From: Fibrobacteria bacterium
GTDB taxonomy: Bacteria; Fibrobacterota; Fibrobacteria; UBA11236
DNA: 33,035 nucleotides
Assembly (NCBI GenBank): GCA_043732185.1
Contig: JAYTHY010000067.1
Span: 1 to 33,035, forward strand
Reading direction: 5' to 3'
Part shown: in pieces, positions 29,107 to 33,035 of the stretch
Layout: the number at the start of each line of letters is the position of its first letter
How positions within the stretch are numbered: position 1 is the stretch's first letter
Translations under genes and position numbers: made by a program
The notes under the pieces: generated by a model
Databases searched by the model: none
What the model was told of the DNA's origin: nothing
Seen by the model: the letters and a program-made list of their open reading frames with translations, nothing else

Positions 29107-29455
29107 ACTCTTCCAACCGCACTTTTTCCCGGTCGGTTTCCAGCAAAAATTGCAGACCGATATAAGCATAGAGGCCGTCTTCATCAATGCGCAGCCCGCG
29201 GACACGGCAGGGAATTCGAAAGCCATTTTCCCCACTTCCCACCACCAAGTCTCCACAAGTTTCACTCTTAAAGGCTTCCCGAATAGGCGTTCCAAGATGG
29301 GCCGGCTCATCTTCCGTAAGCAGAAAAAACGTGCCTCCATTTGAATCCAAAGTATCCAACAATCCATCAAAATGCCGGCTCCCGAGATAGAACCGAACGG
29401 GACAGAATATGCTGATTTCTTCCGGCGAAACCGGATGGTGTGGCTTGGCATCCAT
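29087..29455 (-). CDS. PilZ-like domain protein
   Basis: D-S-x-G-G (LDSNGG), IPCRVR and IGLQF followed by a terminal helix. The RxxxR motif is absent. Start taken at ATG 29455. Confidence 0.6.
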   Translation of the reverse strand: MDAKPHHPVSPEEISIFCPVRFYLGSRHFDGLLDTLDSNGGTFFLLTEDEPAHLGTPIREAFKSETCGDLVVGSGENGFRIPCRVRGLRIDEDGLYAYIGLQFLLETDREKVRLEEFIAALW

Positions 29456-29683
29456 AGAGTATTGATTCAATTCTAGGGATGGGCGAGCGGGGTCACAAGA
29501 GTAATCCCACTTTTATTCTAGGCTTCCTTTGGTATTGAAGGTATTCCTTGGGGATTTTCAGATGAACTGAAGCACCTGCCTAGGGTTTTTTGGCTCGCTG
29601 TTGTTCGTGTAAAGCACATGGGTGCGCCCAAGCCGTCTGCCTTCAACACACCGAGCAGGAAAAACTTAAGCAAATACGCCAAC

Positions 29684-29712
29684 TTGACTCTGTATCCCAA
29701 ATGGGTCATATT
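29684..29712 (+). promoter_or_regulatory. Sigma70-type promoter of the RelB/DinJ gene
   Basis: TTGACT-17 nt-CATATT, with an imperfect inverted repeat (CCCA-AA-TGGG) in the spacer. Confidence 0.55.
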
Positions 29713-29740
29713 TAAGCTATCGATCCTTGGAGAATAAGAA

Positions 29741-30001
29741 ATGTCCAAAACAGCCATGATCAGAGCCCGCACGGATTCGCAGCTTAAAGAAAAGGTCGAA
29801 GAGATCTTCGGTAAACTTGGCATCAACGCTACCTCCGCTATCAACTTATTCTACCACCAGGTACTTTTAAGTCACGGCTTGCCTTTCGAGGTAAAGCTGC
29901 CCAATCCCACGACCAGAAAGGCCATGAAGCACGCCAAGTCAGGACGCACCGTAAAGGGCTTCAAAAACTTGGATGCCATGTTCAAGGACTTTAATGCCTG
30001 A
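29741..30001 (+). CDS. RelB/DinJ family antitoxin (no intact toxin partner)
   Basis: MSKTAMIRARTDSQLKEKVEEIFGKLGINATSAINLFYHQV...GLPFEVKLPN.TTRKAM is the family signature. Confidence 0.92.
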   Translation: MSKTAMIRARTDSQLKEKVEEIFGKLGINATSAINLFYHQVLLSHGLPFEVKLPNPTTRKAMKHAKSGRTVKGFKNLDAMFKDFNA

Positions 30002-30172
30002 ATTGTTTCACAAATATACAGCTAATCGATTTCATTCAACTTTTGATATCATGATCCGTTACATGCATGGTACTGTAGGCAAATATGAAGGAAATGGTTC
30101 TCCAAAAGTGCAGGATAATCATGGGAAACTAACGAATTAACACGGGAAAATGCACAGGTTTACTTTGGCTCG
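29994..30172 (+). pseudogene. Relic of a MORN2/YwqK-like repeat gene, copy 1
   Basis: 48-aa ORF 29994-30140 containing YMHGTVGKYEGNGSPK. DNA similarity to 31638-31846. Confidence 0.45.
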
Positions 30173-30341
30173 CGTTTTAACAAAAAAGTGATTGGGCACA
30201 GGTAAGCTAAAATTTCACTAGGATTCAATAATAGGACCCCCCTCCTCCCCTGGCTAGAAGTTGTCATACCCTTCTAACTGGCCTTTTAGAACTTTTCGCC
30301 CTTTTCGGGCTTGTTTTTCTCCCCCACCAGCCGCATCTTTA

Positions 30342-30360
30342 GTTATAACATATATATAAC
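30342..30360. promoter_or_regulatory. Probable autoregulatory operator of the AbrB/Doc module
   Basis: Palindrome GTTATAAC plus a degenerate copy TATATAAC directly before the GAGG RBS. Confidence 0.5.
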
Positions 30361-30369
30361 GAGGTTCCT

Positions 30370-30576
30370 ATGATTAAGCAACTCACCAAGATAGGCAATA
30401 GCCAAGGGGTCATCCTCGATAAGGCCATTCTGGAACTACTCAACATCAAGGACGGATCATCCTTCGAGATCACTACCAAGAATGGGGGTTTATTTCTAAA
30501 GCCCATCGACATCAAGGATATTTACGCGGATGTATCCAAGCGCCATCGCAAAAGCTTGAATAAACTGGGTCGATGA
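30370..30576 (+). CDS. AbrB/MazE/SpoVT family antitoxin
   Basis: KQLTKIGNSQGVILDKAILELLNI...GLFLKP, with ATGA overlap into a doc-like gene. Confidence 0.9.
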   Translation: MIKQLTKIGNSQGVILDKAILELLNIKDGSSFEITTKNGGLFLKPIDIKDIYADVSKRHRKSLNKLGR

Positions 30577-30825
30577 GCGAGCCTATTTTTCTCACCTTGG
30601 AGCAGGTTCTTTACCTCCAGAACTTTGAAGCCTGCCTAACCGGTAGTCCTACCTTGATCTGCAACCAAGGCGCGCTGGTGTTTCTCTCCATCAACGGATT
30701 CATAGAGAATGAGTCGCGTGACGAGGAACTGGCGCGAACTTGTATTGGATTACCTCAACAAAGTGGCAACTAAGAACGGCTTGGCCCTGTATTTTCGGGA
30801 ACAGGCCACAGCCAAGGATTCCTAA
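30573..30825 (+). pseudogene. doc: Doc (Fic family) toxin pseudogene with internal deletion and frameshift
   Basis: Doc-like N-terminus MSEPIFLTLEQVL joins directly to VFLSING, with no HPFxDGNKR motif. The C-terminal helix ELVLDYLNKVATKNGLALYFRE continues in another frame to TAA 30823-30825. Confidence 0.8.
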
Positions 30826-30908
30826 TGCCCAAGAGCCATCCTTAGGTGGTAGAATTCTACCTCCTGGCCTCGAGCGGTCCACCGCCACCACACCCAGCGG
30901 GAAAAACC

Positions 30909-30937
30909 TTGATGCATACCCCGTTTCGGGGTATGTT
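30909..30937 (+). promoter_or_regulatory. Sigma70-type promoter with embedded palindromic operator
   Basis: TTGATG-17 nt-TATGTT. CATACCCCG-TTT-CGGGGTATG (30915-30935) overlaps the spacer and -10. ATG follows 7 nt after the -10. Confidence 0.7.
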
Positions 30938-30944
30938 TTAACGA

Positions 30945-31175
30945 ATGGAATTCGAAGTGATCATTCGGTGAGTTGCTCAAAAAAAGCTTTCGAAGCTTCC
31001 CTTGGATATCCAGCAGCGGTTCCACCTACTCGTGAGCGTGCTAAAGGGCCAAGGTCCTACGGCACCCCAGCAGCAGAGGATCTATGAGAAGCTTAAAGGC
31101 CAGCAGAACAGCTATCACTGTCATTTGGCCAATAACCACGCCTATGTCGGTGGCCACAAAGACGCACCCTACTAA
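30945..31175 (+). pseudogene. RelE/HigB-like toxin pseudogene (not in ORF track)
   Basis: Translates MEFEVIIR*VAQKKLSKLPLDIQQRFHLLV...YEKL...YHCHL..NHAYVGGHKDAPY*. TGA at 30969-30971, and the segment normally between two YV motifs appears to be missing. Confidence 0.8.
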
Positions 31176-31503
31176 GCTGACCTTCCGCCCAGGAACGCCC
31201 AGCCGAGTGATCACGGATGCCCGCCGTCGGTATTCGCGCTACCTCCTCGAGCAGGACACAGAGACGGTGAACTACTTCGAAACTGATTTTGCTAAAAAGA
31301 TCGCGGCTACAATGACGCCGGGGCTGTGGCTCAAGCATTCGCGCGAAGCGCATGGCTGGTCCCAAGCTTTTCTTGGAGAGAAGCTTGGTGGTGTGAAGCC
31401 CTCCCGCATCTCCGATTGGGAGAACAACCAACGCCCCATCAGCAAAACCGCTGCTAAAAAATTTTCAGCCTTGTTCCATCTCTCTGCCGAACATTTTCTC
31501 TGA
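31144..31503 (+). CDS. XRE-family HTH antitoxin (HigA-like)
   Basis: TPGLWLKHSREAHGWSQAFLGEKLG..SRISDWENNQRPIS. Start MSVATKTHPT overlaps the toxin 3' end. Confidence 0.85.
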   Translation: MSVATKTHPTKLTFRPGTPSRVITDARRRYSRYLLEQDTETVNYFETDFAKKIAATMTPGLWLKHSREAHGWSQAFLGEKLGGVKPSRISDWENNQRPISKTAAKKFSALFHLSAEHFL

Positions 31504-31519
31504 TTTCCCCTCTTTCATA

Positions 31520-31559
31520 GCATACTTCCGTCTTGCGTTTTCGCAAGTCGGAAGTATGC
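31520..31559. terminator. Long inverted repeat downstream of the HTH gene
   Basis: GCATACTTCCG-T-CTTGCG-TTTT-CGCAAG-T-CGGAAGTATGC: 18-nt arms with one mismatch. Confidence 0.55.
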
Positions 31560-31587
31560 CGCCACCCTTCAACCAGATCGAGTGTAG

Positions 31588-31846
31588 CCGTTCCGGTGCG
31601 GCCGCCATGCCACAAAAGCCATTCAACCCAGACAAAAATTTCATTCCACTTCTTCCAGCTTCCTCGGTTACAGGCATGGCACCGTAAAAAGATATGATGA
31701 GAATGGCCGAATGGAAGAGGAAGTAAATTCAGCGAATCCGCTAAATCAGATTCAAGAATATGATGGAATAGGTTCTCCAAAAGACTGTATTAACTCGGGA
31801 AATTCCCAAATTAACGCAGAAAAGTGTACAGATTAAATTTGGCTCG
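31588..31846 (+). pseudogene. Relic of a MORN2/YwqK-like repeat gene, copy 2
   Basis: Frame without an upstream start reads GYRHGTVKRYDENGRMEEE...QEYDGIGSPK. Homologous to 30029-30172. Confidence 0.5.
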
Positions 31847-31875
31847 GGATATGATGAGAATTTGGCCGGGCATAG

Positions 31876-32349
31876 TTAATCGGGCAATAAAAACTTATCA
31901 CCACAGTTTGCAAATTTTGGAATTACTTTGCGTTTTTTCTTGATGTACTCTGATAAAAATTTTCGACGATCAAATTCATTCATACCTTTCCATAGATTGG
32001 AACCGTCAATTCTGGCTTCAGTATAAAGGCTACTTCGCAATTTTTGTTTTTCAGGAAAGCCATAATGAAAGTACTCTGGATCATTATAAAGATCTAATAT
32101 TCTTTTTTCATATTCAGGATTTAATTGACCTGTTGAATAAATGGGGCCCAAGAAATGAATTTGTATCCCCTCCCATTTACCACCTGTTTCAAATTTTATG
32201 CGATTTAAATCGTCATCAGAAACAACCTCAATAACGATTTCTGAAACGTCTAACTGCGCAGAGGAATAAATTGCAAGAACACCCCAATCCTGAGCATATT
32301 TATTCTTTAATCTGTCAATTGGATTTTCGGTATCCACTTCACTCCCCAT
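31876..32349 (-). CDS. Putative immunity protein of the Rhs C-terminal toxin
   Basis: AT-rich 157-aa ORF whose ATG overlaps the toxin stop. No signal peptide. Assignment rests on position. Confidence 0.65.
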   Translation of the reverse strand: MGSEVDTENPIDRLKNKYAQDWGVLAIYSSAQLDVSEIVIEVVSDDDLNRIKFETGGKWEGIQIHFLGPIYSTGQLNPEYEKRILDLYNDPEYFHYGFPEKQKLRSSLYTEARIDGSNLWKGMNEFDRRKFLSEYIKKKRKVIPKFANCGDKFLLPD

Positions 32350-32940
32350 AAGGAATCCAACCGGAGTTTGCGCGTAATGGATGATGCACCCATATTATTT
32401 CTGAGGTTCTTGATTCTGAACCACCACCAGGGCGAAAGCCTTCTCCATTTCCCCAATCCTTTCCAGCCACATCCCCCTCTGGCCATGGATCCAATTTATC
32501 TGTTTTCGGATACATTAGAGTTGAGATATAAAATTCCGGAACAGAAGGAAGCGCAAGCTTATTGGCAGCATCTCCCCCAGAAGAGAATGTTTGAGACGTA
32601 TACCACGCAACCGGAGGATCATATTTTCCAGGAAATGGAACTTTAGGAAAAATTAAACCACCCAGCCCATCAATCCAATTCTTTTTCCCTTCTCTGCAAT
32701 TGTGTTGCATTCGAACCGGCTTTTCTTTTTTCATATCTCTTGCCCATTGATTCACTTAATCAACCTTAAGATACCCTTCAGCAAGCCCAAGCACTACAGC
32801 TTGCGAAGTTAAAGTTCCCAACCCTTCTATAGCTGCAAGCTGGGACCCTATCGAAAACTCAAGGGCGCCAGTTGGATCAGTAAACCGAATCGGTGAATTG
32901 CGGACATGCGCATATCGGTGAAACGTCGAAGGGTTTCCAA
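32339..32940 (-). pseudogene. Orphan Rhs core end plus C-terminal toxin domain, split by in-frame TAA
   Basis: HRYAHVRNSPIRFTDPTG is the Rhs PxxxxDPxG junction. ORFs 32756-32980 and 32339-32755 are in the same frame, separated only by TAA 32756-32758. Confidence 0.8.
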
Positions 32941-33035
32941 CGTAAGCGTTCGGTGAACCCCATCTTTTAGAAAACGGCATGGATGTCTATTCTCTCATGG
33001 TTTTCACCAAGGAGGCTAGATGAACAGGGACCAGT
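32941..33035 (-). repeat. Dispersed non-coding repeat, copy B (runs off window edge)
   Basis: 70/95 ungapped identity to 912-1006 in inverted orientation. Confidence 0.88.

Noticed and set aside
29630..29660. Short similarity GCCG...CCTTCAAC...CGAG to 31558-31583
   Set aside because: Too short and gapped to distinguish from chance by eye.
1114..29844. Many short antisense or nested ORFs in the track (e.g. 3539-4063, 19536-20078, 23612-24214, 28467-29039, 29518-29844)
   Set aside because: Shadow frames of well-supported genes, with no independent motifs.
30969..30971. Stop-codon recoding (TGA read-through or alternative genetic code)
   Set aside because: TGA terminates several intact genes here, and this toxin also has an apparent deletion, so it is decay.
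31084..31143. N-terminal extension of the HTH ORF from ATG 31084
   Set aside because: It lies inside the toxin pseudogene in another frame; ATG 31144 fits the usual overlap better.
31454..31780. 108-aa minus-strand ORF
   Set aside because: No recognisable motifs, crosses the long hairpin and overlaps the HTH gene; the plus-strand MORN-like reading explains the region better.
29500..33035. Integron cassette array
   Set aside because: No convincing RYYYAAC...GTTRRRY attC sites between genes, mixed orientations, and no integrase in view.
1..33035. CRISPR array, tRNA or rRNA genes
   Set aside because: No regularly spaced repeats or recognisable structural RNA genes seen.

Overview
Bacterial chromosomal segment, probably from a Fibrobacterota/FCB-group organism (inferred from T9SS-type C-terminal tails and the protein families present). 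In order: (1) the 3' end and right terminus of an IS1634-family element. (2) A minus-strand operon: secreted beta-propeller protein, secreted ThuA-like protein and two paralogous uncharacterised outer-membrane proteins. (3) A lipoprotein plus TonB-dependent receptor pair. (4) A flavin amine oxidase. (5) A plus-strand operon of secreted proteins: DUF2341-LamG-SGNH esterase, DUF1080, an accessory domain and a second beta-propeller. (6) Class Ia ribonucleotide reductase nrdAB with two NrdR boxes and a structured leader. (7) A lipoprotein-resB-ccsA cytochrome c maturation cluster and a PilZ-like gene. (8) A decaying accessory region with three toxin-antitoxin loci whose toxins are all broken, two relics of a MORN-like gene, and an orphan Rhs C-terminal toxin/immunity pair with an in-frame stop. 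The best candidates for new biology are the SusCD-free secreted-enzyme/porin loci, a ~95-bp structured non-coding element found in inverted orientation at both ends of the window, and the Rhs toxin domain. All calls come from reading motifs by eye; no searches were run.
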